A stretch of DNA of 64,000 nucleotides from assembly GCA_963708025.1 (NCBI GenBank), contig CAVPSB010000049.1, forward strand, positions 160,001 to 224,000, given 5' to 3'. Positions 1 to 8,480 of the stretch are shown in pieces. A program made the position numbers and the translations under genes. Below the pieces are notes generated by a model. The model saw only the letters and a program-made list of their open reading frames with translations. It had not been told where the DNA came from and did not search any database. Each line of letters opens with the position of its first letter. The stretch's first letter is position 1. The stretch comes from an uncultured Candidatus Rokubacteria bacterium (GTDB lineage: Bacteria > Methylomirabilota > Methylomirabilia > Rokubacteriales > DASRDR01).

Positions 1-31
1 CGCGCTCCACGAGCAGCGTCTCGTATGGCAT
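1..31 (-). CDS. 5' end of a probable enoyl-CoA hydratase/crotonase (runs off window)
   Basis: Minus strand from ATG at 31 reads MPYETLLVER, nearly the same N-terminus as the crotonase at 3123-3905 (MTYETLLVEIR). Confidence 0.55.
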   Translation of the reverse strand, partial: MPYETLLVER

Positions 32-57
32 GGTTCGTAACCTCTCACCTGCCCGAT

Positions 58-150
58 CCTGACGGCCTCCGGCCTGGCCCCCCTCCCCCACCCTCGACGG
101 CCTTCGGCTTGGCGGGGGGAGGGGGGAGCCGAAGGACCGATCCTTCATTG
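58..150. repeat. REP-like palindromic intergenic repeat with nested GACGGCCTTCGGC micro-hairpin
   Basis: CCCCCTCCCCCA...GGGGGGAGGGGGGAGCC arms; similar to 9618-9705 and 58880-58990. Confidence 0.7.
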
Positions 151-160
151 CAGACGACAC

Positions 161-1384
161 TCACTTCACACGACACTCAAGGTGGGGCTCGCCGATGGCG
201 CCGGCGGCGCGCAGGTCGGCGATCTCGGCGTCTCCCAGCCCGAGCACCCCGCGCAGCACCTCGTCGGTGTGCTCTCCCAGCCGAGGGGGCGGGCCCTGGA
301 TGGCCGCCGGGGTGCCGCCGAACTTCACCGGGACACCGGGCAGCCGGATCGACCCGGCGGTGGGGTGCTCCACGAGCGCGGCCATGGCCCGGTGCTGCAC
401 CTGAGGATCGGCGAAGACCTCGGCGATGTCGTTGATGGGACCGGCCGGCAACCCGGCCGCGGCGAAGGCGGCGACCCACTCGTCCCGCGAGCGCGGGGCC
501 AGCCGCTCCTCGATCAGCCGGACCAGCTCGGTCCGACGCTCCACGCGCTTCGCGTTGCCGTCGTAGCGGGGATCGTCGGCCCATTCGGGCACCCCCAGGA
601 CCTCGCAGAAGGCTTTCCAGAGCCGCTCGTTGCCGGCGCCCACCAGCAGGTAGCCGTCGCGGGCGCGGAAGGCCTGATACGGCACCAGCGAGGGGTGCGC
701 GTGACCCCAGCGACCCTGCACCTCGCCCCCGACGAGATACGCGGTGGCGGCGTTGATGAGCGCGGCGATGCCGCACTCCATGAGCGACAGCTCGAGGAAC
801 TGCCCTTCGCCGGTGCGGGCCCGGTGCTGGAGGGCCGCCAGGATCGCGCCGTGGGCGTAGAGCGCGGTGATGACGTCGATGAGGGCGACACCGACCTTGA
901 CCGGCGGCCCGTCGGGCTCGCCCGTGATCGACATGAGCCCGGTGAACCCCTGCATGATCGCGTCGTAGCCGGCCCGCTCGCGGTAAGGGCCGGTCGCGCC
1001 GAACCCCGAGATCGAGCAGTAGATCAGCCGGGGGTTCGCCGCCCGGAGCGCGGCGGCACCCAGGCCCAGCCGCTCCATCGTGCCAGGCGTGAAGTTCTCG
1101 ACGAGCACGTCGCCCCGGCGCGCCAGCTCGACGACGAGGGCGCGGCCCCGCGGGTGCTTCAGGTCGATCGTGATGCTGTACTTCCCGCGGTTCACGGCGA
1201 AGAAGTACGAGGCCTGACCGTCGGGGGCGCGCGGCGGCGCCCACTGGCGGCTGTCGTCGCCGACCCCGGGCTGCTCGACCTTGATGACCTCCGCCCCGTA
1301 GTCGCTGAAGATCTGGGTGGCGAGCGGTCCGGCGACGATGCGCGAAAGATCGATGATGCGAAGATCGTCGAGCGGTCCGGCCAC
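161..1384 (-). CDS. CaiB/BaiF family (class III) CoA-transferase
   Basis: PLDDLRIIDLSRIVAGP, GAEVIKVE, NRGKYS, DVLVENF, ISGFGATGPY..AGYD and PPRLGEHT motifs. GTG 1384 chosen as start because it lies 7 nt after a TATAGT -10-like hexamer. Confidence 0.95.
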   Translation of the reverse strand: MAGPLDDLRIIDLSRIVAGPLATQIFSDYGAEVIKVEQPGVGDDSRQWAPPRAPDGQASYFFAVNRGKYSITIDLKHPRGRALVVELARRGDVLVENFTPGTMERLGLGAAALRAANPRLIYCSISGFGATGPYRERAGYDAIMQGFTGLMSITGEPDGPPVKVGVALIDVITALYAHGAILAALQHRARTGEGQFLELSLMECGIAALINAATAYLVGGEVQGRWGHAHPSLVPYQAFRARDGYLLVGAGNERLWKAFCEVLGVPEWADDPRYDGNAKRVERRTELVRLIEERLAPRSRDEWVAAFAAAGLPAGPINDIAEVFADPQVQHRAMAALVEHPTAGSIRLPGVPVKFGGTPAAIQGPPPRLGEHTDEVLRGVLGLGDAEIADLRAAGAIGEPHLECRVK

Positions 1385-1491
1385 GGGCGTCACTATACAG
1401 CCCGCCCGGAACCTCTTCAACGACCGGCCGGGCGGCGGCGCGCGCGGTTGCGCGGCTTCCGCCCGCCCCGTATACTTCGAAGCGTCCGACC

Positions 1492-2439
1492 ATGCACAGG
1501 CTCACGGCCGTCACGCTCGCCCTCGCCGTCCTGACCGGCTGCAGCGTCGTCTCGATCGACCTCACCCCGCCCGTTCGCCCGCTGAAAGAGAGCACGCTGG
1601 AGGGCAAGGGACGGGACAAGATCCTCGTCGTCGAGCTGGCCGGCGTGCTCGCGGAGGAGCCGATCTTCACCTTCGAGTCGAAGCCCGCGGTGCCGCTGCT
1701 GGCGCGCGTGCGGGAAGAGTTCGAGAAGGCGGCCGATGACGACCACGTGAAGGCCCTGGTCCTCCGCATCAACAGCCCGGGCGGGACGGTCACCGCCTCC
1801 GACATCCTCTACCACGAGATCAAGCGCTTCAAGGCTCGCCGGAAGATCCCCGTCGTGGCGGCGGTCATGGACGTCGCCGCCTCGGGCGGCTACTACGCGG
1901 CGCTCGCCGCCGACCGGATCGTCGTCCACCCGACCTCCATCACGGGCTCCATCGGCGTGCTCATGCTCACCGTGAACTCGAGCGGGCTGCTCGAGAAGAT
2001 CGGCGTGAACGCGAGCTACATCACCTCGGGGCCCCGGAAGGACATGGGTAGCCCGTTCCGAGCTCTCACGCCCGATGAGCGGGCGATCTTCCAGGAGGTC
2101 ATCGATCGCCTCTACGGCCGCTTCATCGCCCTGATCGTTCGCGAGCGCCGGCTGGACGAGGCCCGGGTCCGGAGCTTCGCCGACGGCCGCATCTACACCG
2201 CGGGGGAGGCGCTCAATCTCGGCCTCGTCGATCAGATCGGCTACCTGGAAGAGGCCATCGCGCTGGCCCGCGAAGCGGCCGGGCTCGGCGAAGCCAAGGT
2301 AGTGACCTACCACCGGCCCCGCCAGTACCGGGCGACGATCTACTCCGGCGGCGAGGCGCCGCCGATCCAGTCGGGGGTGGCGGACCTCGCCCGGCTGGTC
2401 ACGTCGGGACCCCGCTTCCTCTATCTCTGGTGGCCGTGA
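1492..2439 (+). CDS. sppA: Signal peptide peptidase SppA (S49), lipoprotein-type N-terminus
   Basis: LRINSPGG, VAASGGYY, TGSIGV, KDMGSPFR, DGRIYTA motifs; LTGC lipobox. Confidence 0.95.
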   Translation: MHRLTAVTLALAVLTGCSVVSIDLTPPVRPLKESTLEGKGRDKILVVELAGVLAEEPIFTFESKPAVPLLARVREEFEKAADDDHVKALVLRINSPGGTVTASDILYHEIKRFKARRKIPVVAAVMDVAASGGYYAALAADRIVVHPTSITGSIGVLMLTVNSSGLLEKIGVNASYITSGPRKDMGSPFRALTPDERAIFQEVIDRLYGRFIALIVRERRLDEARVRSFADGRIYTAGEALNLGLVDQIGYLEEAIALAREAAGLGEAKVVTYHRPRQYRATIYSGGEAPPIQSGVADLARLVTSGPRFLYLWWP

Positions 2440-2528
2440 CGGCCACCGGCGGGCCCCAACCGGGGCCGCCAGATGGGCGTGGGCATCGAACCCCGGATCG
2501 GGGTTTCCCATGACTCGGGCCGACCCCC

Positions 2529-2558
2529 TTGACACGGTTCGACGGCGCGTGATAACCG
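2529..2558 (+). promoter_or_regulatory. Sigma70-like promoter with no downstream CDS on its strand
   Basis: TTGACA at 2529-2534 followed by TGATAAC at 2550-2556. Confidence 0.55.
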
Positions 2559-2561
2559 TCA

Positions 2562-2690
2562 GACGGGCCCTGGGGAGTCGGACACCGACCTGAGAGTCGG
2601 AGAGGGCACGGCGCGCCGCAGCCGCGCCAGCCCACCGGATTGCTACTTCAGGGCTCGCGTGAGCGCGCTTCGGGGGCGGCAGGCCCTGGT
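2562..2690 (+). ncRNA. Candidate structured small RNA (family unassigned)
   Basis: Nested complementarity (GGGCCCTG/CAGGGCTC or CAGGCCC, CCTGAGAG/CTTCAGGG, GGGC/GCCC, GGCGCG/CGCGCC) directly after a promoter, between convergent genes. Confidence 0.4.
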
Positions 2691-2751
2691 AGGTCAGACG
2701 GGGATCGCCTGCCGCCCATCCCCCCCCACCGCGCCGATAACCTTCGCATCG

Positions 2752-2850
2752 CGGCGTCCTCGGCTCGGCGCCCATCCTCGGCGTACCAGGGCGTACGCCT
2801 CCGGTGGGCGCCGGCCTGCGTCCTTGCGCTGCTCGGCTCTCGGCGCGGTA
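2752..2850. repeat. REP-like repeat with TCCTCGGCGTAC...GTACGCCT palindromic core
   Basis: Homologous to 28015-28115 and 52452-52570. Confidence 0.65.
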
Positions 2851-2944
2851 GCCCCCCGCCGGCATTCCATCCGTCCCGGCCTATCAGCCCTGATCGGCAA
2901 TTCCACCACGCTCCCGAAGATCCCTGCAGTCGCTCCTATTCCGC

Positions 2945-3042
2945 TCCCTCTCCCTTTCAGGGAGAGGGTTGGGATGAGGGTGTCCAGGGGTGCGTGGTTG
3001 CCCCCTCGCCCTGACCCGCTCCCAAAGCGGGGGAGAGGGGAA
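2945..3042. repeat. Paired CCCTCTCCC...GGGAGAGGG REP-like palindromes
   Basis: Two imperfect hairpins; a similar unit occurs at 56258-56297. Confidence 0.65.
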
Positions 3043-3122
3043 ATGCCCCTTCGCGCATTCGCCGATTGGGGTTGGGCGTCCTCGGCGAGCGCCGTGTTCG
3101 CGCGGGCTTGACCGAGTTGCCT

Positions 3123-3905
3123 TCAGCGGCCGGTCCAGCGGGGGGGGCGCTTGGCCAGGAAGGCGGCCACGCCCTCCTGGGCGTCCTCCGAGCGGGCGAC
3201 GATGGTCAGCAGATCCCGCAGGTACGGCAGCGCCTTCCCGTGGTCCAGCTCCAGCGCGGCGTAGAAGGCTTCCTTGGCGATGGCCACCACCGCGGGACTG
3301 TAGCCGGCGACGGTCCGGGCCATCGCCTGCACGGTGGCCTCGAGCTCGGCCCGCGGCACCACCTGGCTCACGAGCCCGATCGCCGCGGCCTCGCGGGCGG
3401 GCAGCTCGGCGCCGGTCAGGACGAGCTGGAGGACCCGCTTCGGGGAGGCGGCGCGGAGGATCGGCGCCATGACCATGAGCGGCAGGAGCCCGAGCTTGAT
3501 CTCCGGGAGACCGAAGATGGCGTCCTCGGACGCCACCACGACGTCGCAGGCCGCCGCCAGCCCGCAGCCGCCGGCCAGTGCGTACCCGTGCACCTGCCCG
3601 ATCACCGGAGTCCGCATGCGGGGAATGCCGTCCAGGATCCGGGCCAGGCCGGCGTACTGCTCCCGCGCCTCCAGGATGGGCGCCTCGCGAAACATCCCCT
3701 TGAGGTCGGCCCCCGCGCAGAACGCCCGGTCACCCGCGCCGCGGAGGACGATGGCCCGCGCCTCGGCGTCGGCATCCAGGGCGTCCAGGGCATCACCCAG
3801 CTCCTGGATGAGGGTCCGGTTGAGCGCGTTCCGCGCCTCCGGCCGGTTGAGCGTGATCGTCGCCACGCCGTCCCGGATCTCCACCAGCAGCGTCTCGTAC
3901 GTCAC
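3123..3905 (-). CDS. Enoyl-CoA hydratase/isomerase
   Basis: ITLNRPEARNAL, FCAGADL, GYALAGG, FGLPEIKLG motifs; GTG start overlaps the upstream Nudix stop (GTGA). Confidence 0.93.
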   Translation of the reverse strand: MTYETLLVEIRDGVATITLNRPEARNALNRTLIQELGDALDALDADAEARAIVLRGAGDRAFCAGADLKGMFREAPILEAREQYAGLARILDGIPRMRTPVIGQVHGYALAGGCGLAAACDVVVASEDAIFGLPEIKLGLLPLMVMAPILRAASPKRVLQLVLTGAELPAREAAAIGLVSQVVPRAELEATVQAMARTVAGYSPAVVAIAKEAFYAALELDHGKALPYLRDLLTIVARSEDAQEGVAAFLAKRPPRWTGR

Positions 3906-4507
3906 GGAGTCCGTCCCGGCACACCGGCCGCCCCGAACGCCACGCTCAGGAACTCCTTGAGGATCCGCGCGGTCGCACCCCAGATCACGTCGTCGCCGTA
4001 CCGCACGAAGACCACCGGGCGGCGCCGGCCGTCGCGCTCCCACTCTTCCTCCCGGTAGGCGGCCGGGTCGAGCAGGCAGCGGAGCGGGATCTCGAGGATC
4101 CGCTCGATCTCGCGGCCGTCCGCCCGCAGCGACGGTGCGGTCGCGCAGAGGCCGATGACGGGCGTGATGACGAAGCCCGTCGTCGCGGTGGGGACGTCAT
4201 CGAGGAGACCCAGCACCTCGACGGTCGCGGGGTCCAGCCCGACCTCCTCCCGGGCCTCGCGCAGCGCGGTCTCGACCCGCGAGCCGTCGAAGGTCTCGAC
4301 GAGACCCCCCGGGAAGGCGAACTGCCCCTTGTGGTGGGGCACGGTGTCCGTCTTCTTCGTGAAGACGAGGTGCGGCTCGTCGCCATGATAGACGAGCAGC
4401 AAGAGGACCGCGGCCGGCCGGCAGTCGTCCGGCTCGGCCACCTGGCGGCACCGACCCTCGAGGGCCTGACGCAGGCGGCGCCGCATCGCCTCGACGTCGA
4501 GCTCCAC
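3902..4507 (-). CDS. CoA pyrophosphatase, Nudix family (NudL-like)
   Basis: HKGQFAFPGG...TALREAREEVGL Nudix box, AAVL and IWGATARIL; start approximate. Confidence 0.9.
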   Translation of the reverse strand: MELDVEAMRRRLRQALEGRCRQVAEPDDCRPAAVLLLLVYHGDEPHLVFTKKTDTVPHHKGQFAFPGGLVETFDGSRVETALREAREEVGLDPATVEVLGLLDDVPTATTGFVITPVIGLCATAPSLRADGREIERILEIPLRCLLDPAAYREEEWERDGRRRPVVFVRYGDDVIWGATARILKEFLSVAFGAAGVPGRTP

Positions 4508-4548
4508 CTGAATGTTCGGGCCAGGGGGGAGCTGCGCGCTCATCCAGA

Positions 4549-4648
4549 TCGCCGCGGCGCCTCGGGCCTCCGGCAATCGGTGCGCCGCGTCCCTCCGGGC
4601 GCCCCGGTCCCCCCTCCGGGTCTCTCCTCGCTCACGCGTCCCGGGCTT
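4549..4648. repeat. Dispersed intergenic repeat
   Basis: CGCCGCGGCGCCTCGG...GTGCGCCGCGTCCCTCCGG.CGCCCCGG.CCCCCCTCCGGGTCT shared with 58764-58860. Confidence 0.7.
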
Positions 4649-5437
4649 TCAACGCGCCTTGAAAACCGGCTTGCGCTTCTCGGCGAATGCCCGGGGGCCC
4701 TCGGCCGCGTCCTCGGTGCCCCGCAGCGTGCCCGCGAGGAGGGCTTCGAGCCTCAGCCCGTCCGCAAGCGGGAGCGAGAGCCCGCGCAGCACCGCCTCCT
4801 TCGCGGCCCGGACCGCCAGCGGCCCGCGCTCGCAGATCGTCTGGGCCCAGCGATGGGCCGTCGGGATCACCTCGGCCAGCGGCACCACCGCGTTCACCAG
4901 GCCGATCCGGTGCGCCTCCTGGGCCGAGATCGTCTCACCCGTCAGGATCAGCTCCATGGCGCGCGCCAGCGGCACCGCTCGGGGAAGCCGCTGGGTCCCG
5001 CCCGCGCCCGGCATGATCGCCCAGCGCACCTCGGTCAGCCCGAAGGTCGCGTGCTCGGCCGCGACCCGGAGGTCGCAGGCCAGGACCTGCTCGAGCCCGC
5101 CGGCCAACGCGTAGCCGTTGACGGCCGCGATCATCGGCTTCCAGATCTCCAGGCCGCGGGTGATCCCGCCGAGGCCGTAGTCGTTGTGGCCGCGACCGCG
5201 AACGCGGCCGCCTGCCGCCATGGCCTGGGGGATCATGCGCTTCAGGTCGGCCCCGGCCGAGAACGCCTTCTCTCCGGCCCCAGTCAGGATCGCCACCCAC
5301 GCCTCGGGATCGTCCCGGAACCGGATCCAGGCGTCGATCAGCTCGTAGTGCGTCTCGGGGTCGATCGCGTTCATCGCCTCCGGCCGGTTGATCGTGATGG
5401 TGACGACGCGGCCCTTCTGCTCGTACAGGATCGGCAT
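4649..5437 (-). CDS. Enoyl-CoA hydratase/isomerase
   Basis: ITINRPEAMNA, FSAGADL, NGYALAGG, FGLTEV, GAGGTQRLPR motifs; GGAGGG RBS. Confidence 0.95.
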   Translation of the reverse strand: MPILYEQKGRVVTITINRPEAMNAIDPETHYELIDAWIRFRDDPEAWVAILTGAGEKAFSAGADLKRMIPQAMAAGGRVRGRGHNDYGLGGITRGLEIWKPMIAAVNGYALAGGLEQVLACDLRVAAEHATFGLTEVRWAIMPGAGGTQRLPRAVPLARAMELILTGETISAQEAHRIGLVNAVVPLAEVIPTAHRWAQTICERGPLAVRAAKEAVLRGLSLPLADGLRLEALLAGTLRGTEDAAEGPRAFAEKRKPVFKAR

Positions 5438-5488
5438 CTCCCCTCCGGGGCTATTCGGGACCGCGCGTGAGCGTCCTCCGGCGGCTCA

Positions 5489-6043
5489 TCAGAGGATAGC
5501 CTCCTTGCCCAGCTGCCACAACGCCTTGTCCAGCGTGCGCAGCGAGACGCGGTGCCGCCGGGCGAGTCGCCGAAGACAGGCTACGTACGCGATCCAGCCG
5601 TCGGGCGTCGGGGGGAAGCGATCGCCGACACCGAGGCGTCGCAGCGCGGCCAGGACCCGGACGTCGTAGACCGGGTACCGGGCCGGGCCGGCGAAGTGCA
5701 GCAGCACCGAAGCGACGGGCAGACCGACCCCCGACAGCCCCTGCAAGAGTCGGATGCGCAGCCGCTCGTCCCGGGCCAGGAAGGCGATGGTCGTGAGCCC
5801 GCGGACTCCGGCCGGCGTGTTCCGCGCGATCAGCGGTCGGATGCGCGCGGCCTTCCACTCGCCGAGCCGGACCAGCTCCGCGCGCGTCAGATACATCGGC
5901 CCGCGGACCCGCCGCCGGCGCAGGCGCGCCTTGAGGCGGCGCTCCTCCCGGAGCCAGCCGGACGAGCTGGCGTCGGCCCGATCGAAGGCGCGGGCGCGCT
6001 CGAGCACCAGCCGCCGCGTCAGCGTCAGGCGCAGCCGTGCCAT
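5489..6043 (-). CDS. Hypothetical protein with helix-hairpin-helix/GPD-like motif
   Basis: LQGLSGVGLPVASVLL followed by YPVYDVRV and LRTLDKALW. Confidence 0.6.
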   Translation of the reverse strand: MARLRLTLTRRLVLERARAFDRADASSSGWLREERRLKARLRRRRVRGPMYLTRAELVRLGEWKAARIRPLIARNTPAGVRGLTTIAFLARDERLRIRLLQGLSGVGLPVASVLLHFAGPARYPVYDVRVLAALRRLGVGDRFPPTPDGWIAYVACLRRLARRHRVSLRTLDKALWQLGKEAIL

Positions 6044-6239
6044 TCAGCCCCGCCGGCCGGCCCGACACCGGGTCCGCACCCACTCCCGCCCCGTCGGCAC
6101 GAGGGGAGCATGGCACGACATCGGTTGTTTCTCGACGCATTCCGCGGCACCGGCCGCGCTGGCCACGGGGTCACGACGACGGTCGGCGACGACGGTCGGC
6201 TTGCCCGCGGCACCGGCCAGCCGTAGACTGGCCGCCGTC

Positions 6240-6722
6240 ATGGACGACGCGACGCTCGTCATCGAGGCCGCCACCGCGGCCGATGCCCCCGCCGTGATCG
6301 GCCTCATCGGCCGGGTCTTCGAGGAGTACGCCTTCGTCTTCGATCCGGTGATCGAGCTGCCCGACCTCCTGGCCTTCGACCGGCACTACACGTCCCCCCG
6401 CGCCGCCTTCTTCGTGGCCCGCCTGGGCGCCGCCGTCGTCGGCTCGGTGGCCGTGGAGCGGCTCGACGGCGGGACGGCGGAGCTGCATCGGCTCTACCTG
6501 GAGGCCCACCTCCGCGGCCGCGGCCTGGGGCGCTCCCTGGTCGAGGTCGTGCTCGACTGGTGCCGCCGCGCCGGCATCCCTCACCTCGTCCTGTGGTCGG
6601 ATACCCGCTTCGACCGCGCCCACGCCCTCTACGAGCGGATGGGCTTCGCCAAGACCGGCGAGCGCACGCTGGCCGGAGACGTGAACAATACCAGTGAGTT
6701 CCGGTACGAGCGGGAGGTCTAG
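6240..6722 (+). CDS. GNAT family N-acetyltransferase
   Basis: ELHRLYL...LRGRGLGRSLV acetyl-CoA motif, AHALYERMGF. Confidence 0.9.
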   Translation: MDDATLVIEAATAADAPAVIGLIGRVFEEYAFVFDPVIELPDLLAFDRHYTSPRAAFFVARLGAAVVGSVAVERLDGGTAELHRLYLEAHLRGRGLGRSLVEVVLDWCRRAGIPHLVLWSDTRFDRAHALYERMGFAKTGERTLAGDVNNTSEFRYEREV

Positions 6723-6741
6723 CGCGGCGCTGAAGGGCCCA

Positions 6742-6762
6742 TTGTGCGGGATTTTGTGCGGG
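6742..6762. repeat. TTGTGCGGG direct repeat, possible integrase arm-type site
   Basis: Two copies (6742, 6754) immediately 3' of an integrase C-terminal remnant. Confidence 0.45.
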
Positions 6763-6765
6763 TCC

Positions 6766-6895
6766 TCACTCCTCCCTGCCCTCGGTCGCCTTCGCCAACG
6801 GGACCATCGCCCGCCTCGTGGACTCCCGCATGGCGGCCTGGGTCCGGTGCAGGGCGTCACCGATGTCCTCCTTGTCGACGATCCAAAACCGCGCG
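6766..6895 (-). pseudogene. C-terminal remnant of a tyrosine recombinase/integrase
   Basis: RFWIVDKEDIGDALHRTQAAM...MVPL resembles the RYnIVxexDlrdA...VVPL tail of phage-type integrases; the rest of the gene is absent. Confidence 0.5.
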
Positions 6896-7393
6896 TTCGC
6901 GGAGGCGCAGGGCTGGCAGGCGGTGGCGGACGTGGACCATGGCATCTCCGGTGCGAAGGAACGACGCCCCGCGCTCGATGCGCTGATGGCAGCCGTCCGC
7001 ACCCACAAGGCTGAGGTGGTCGCGTGCGTGAAGCTAGACCGGCTCGCCCGCAGTGTTCGGCACCTGGTGATGGTCGCCCAGGAGCCGGAGGCGCTTGGCG
7101 TTCATCTGGTCGTGCACGACGAGGCGATTGATACCACGACGCCGTCCGGGCGGCTGCTGTTTCACGTCTTGGCTGCCATTGCGGAGTTCGAGCGGGAGTT
7201 GATTCGGGAGCGGGTCGTGGCCGGCGTGCGCCATGCGAAGGTTCTGGGTCGGCGGCTCGGGCGGCCCCGGCTCCATCATGTGGACTCTGCCCGGGCCCGG
7301 GCGCTGCTGGGGCAGGGACTCACGCTCCGTGCGGTGGCGCGCGCGCTCCACACCCATGCCACCACGGTCAAGCGCGCCCTCGGCCGGGCGTAG
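6890..7393 (+). pseudogene. N-terminally truncated serine resolvase (recombinase + HTH)
   Basis: DHGISGAKERRPAL, KLDRLARS, DTTTPSGRLLFHVLAAIAEFERELIRER and a C-terminal HTH; lacks the YxRVS catalytic N-terminus. Confidence 0.85.
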
Positions 7394-7550
7394 CAAATCC
7401 TGCCTGCCGACAGCCCCATAAGTTCCCGCCGCTTGGGGACCTGGCGGGCGGCGCGAAACTCAAGGCTGAAGCTCTGGCCGTGGCCGTAGCGACGTCGAGG
7501 GACGCGCTCCGGCTGAGCCGCGCTGCGCGACGGTGAATTTCTTCCAGATT

Positions 7551-7685
7551 CTACGGGGTCAGTGCTAGACGGGGACGAGCGTCTATGTCCCCGTACCCGA
7601 TCGGTTGGCCGGTGATCTCCGCGAGCTTCTCCTCGTACTTGACCAGTTCGGGCTCGATGAACTGCGGTTTCCGCTCTTCCTGCAT
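7551..7685 (-). CDS. 44-aa RiPP precursor-like small protein MQEERKPQFIEPELVKYEEKLAEITGQPIGYGDIDARPRLALTP
   Basis: Translated by hand (below the ORF-track cutoff). GGAGG 4 nt before ATG, GC3-rich codons in the leader, [YF]xxPxL...IT-G leader pattern, upstream promoter. Confidence 0.65.
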   Translation of the reverse strand: MQEERKPQFIEPELVKYEEKLAEITGQPIGYGDIDARPRLALTP

Positions 7686-7765
7686 AAATCCTCCGTCCGG
7701 CAGGAGGTGGCTCTTCCTGGATGCGTCCCGCTGACGTCCGTCAGGACGACACGTGGGGCGAAGTC

Positions 7766-7794
7766 ATCGTGAACGTCTGCCGACACGCCGTCAA
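7766..7794 (-). promoter_or_regulatory. Sigma70-like promoter for the small ORF
   Basis: TTGACG-N17-CACGAT on the minus strand. Confidence 0.45.
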
Positions 7795-8122
7795 GATGAA
7801 AGAGTTTGCACCCACGCCCGTCTTGATTGCGTAGCTCGCGGCGATCTTCCACCGGTCGGCTCGGCGCGCGGGACCGGCGGGCGCGCTCGTCCAAGCCGCG
7901 CGGACGGCGTCTCGGCCTGACGGCGCCCGCACTCCGCCCTGAGCGCGGCGGCCGCGCGCTCGCACGAACCTTGGGTACGCTAGGTCTTCACCGGTTCCTG
8001 GCCTGCATCCCACAGAACAAGGCCCCGTTCAAAGAGTTGATAGACGCCATCGACCCCGCGAGCGCGGGGCTGCCCGTCAACCAGGCCCGCGAGCCCCGCG
8101 ACGAGCGGCGGTCGCCGGCGGC

Positions 8123-8467
8123 TCAGACGAGGATCGCTTCCCCCAGCACCACGTGCTTGGCCGGGGCCTTGCGGGCCGGGGCCTTGGATTTCGCCACCGT
8201 CTTGTGGCCCGTCTTCTGAGGGCCGGCGGCCTTGTGCGCCGGGGCCGCCTTGTGGGTGGCGGCCGTCTTGTGGACGCCGGCCTTGCGCTCGGCCGTCTGC
8301 GCCGGCGCCTTCTTCGCGGCCGGCTTCGCCGACTTCGCCTTGGGCGCGGCGGGCTTCACGTCGCCGTCGAGCGCCGAGGGGGGAATGCCCGGGCCTGCCG
8401 TCTGGGCGAGGGCGGCCGGAGCCAGCAGCGCCACACCGAGGAGCATCGCGGTGATCAGGACTCCCAC
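8123..8467 (-). CDS. Small secreted Lys/Ala/His-rich low-complexity protein
   Basis: AAAGGGAGG RBS, GTG start, signal peptide (ALA-Q), then KAPA/HKAA repeats. Confidence 0.7.
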   Translation of the reverse strand: MGVLITAMLLGVALLAPAALAQTAGPGIPPSALDGDVKPAAPKAKSAKPAAKKAPAQTAERKAGVHKTAATHKAAPAHKAAGPQKTGHKTVAKSKAPARKAPAKHVVLGEAILV

Positions 8468-8480
8468 GGTACCTCCCTTT

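Noticed and set aside
2575-2660. Glycine or TPP riboswitch (CTGAAG..GCAA..CTCTCAGG on minus; GGGGAG..CTGAGAG on plus)
   Set aside because: The remaining conserved elements are missing and there is no downstream gene on either strand to regulate.
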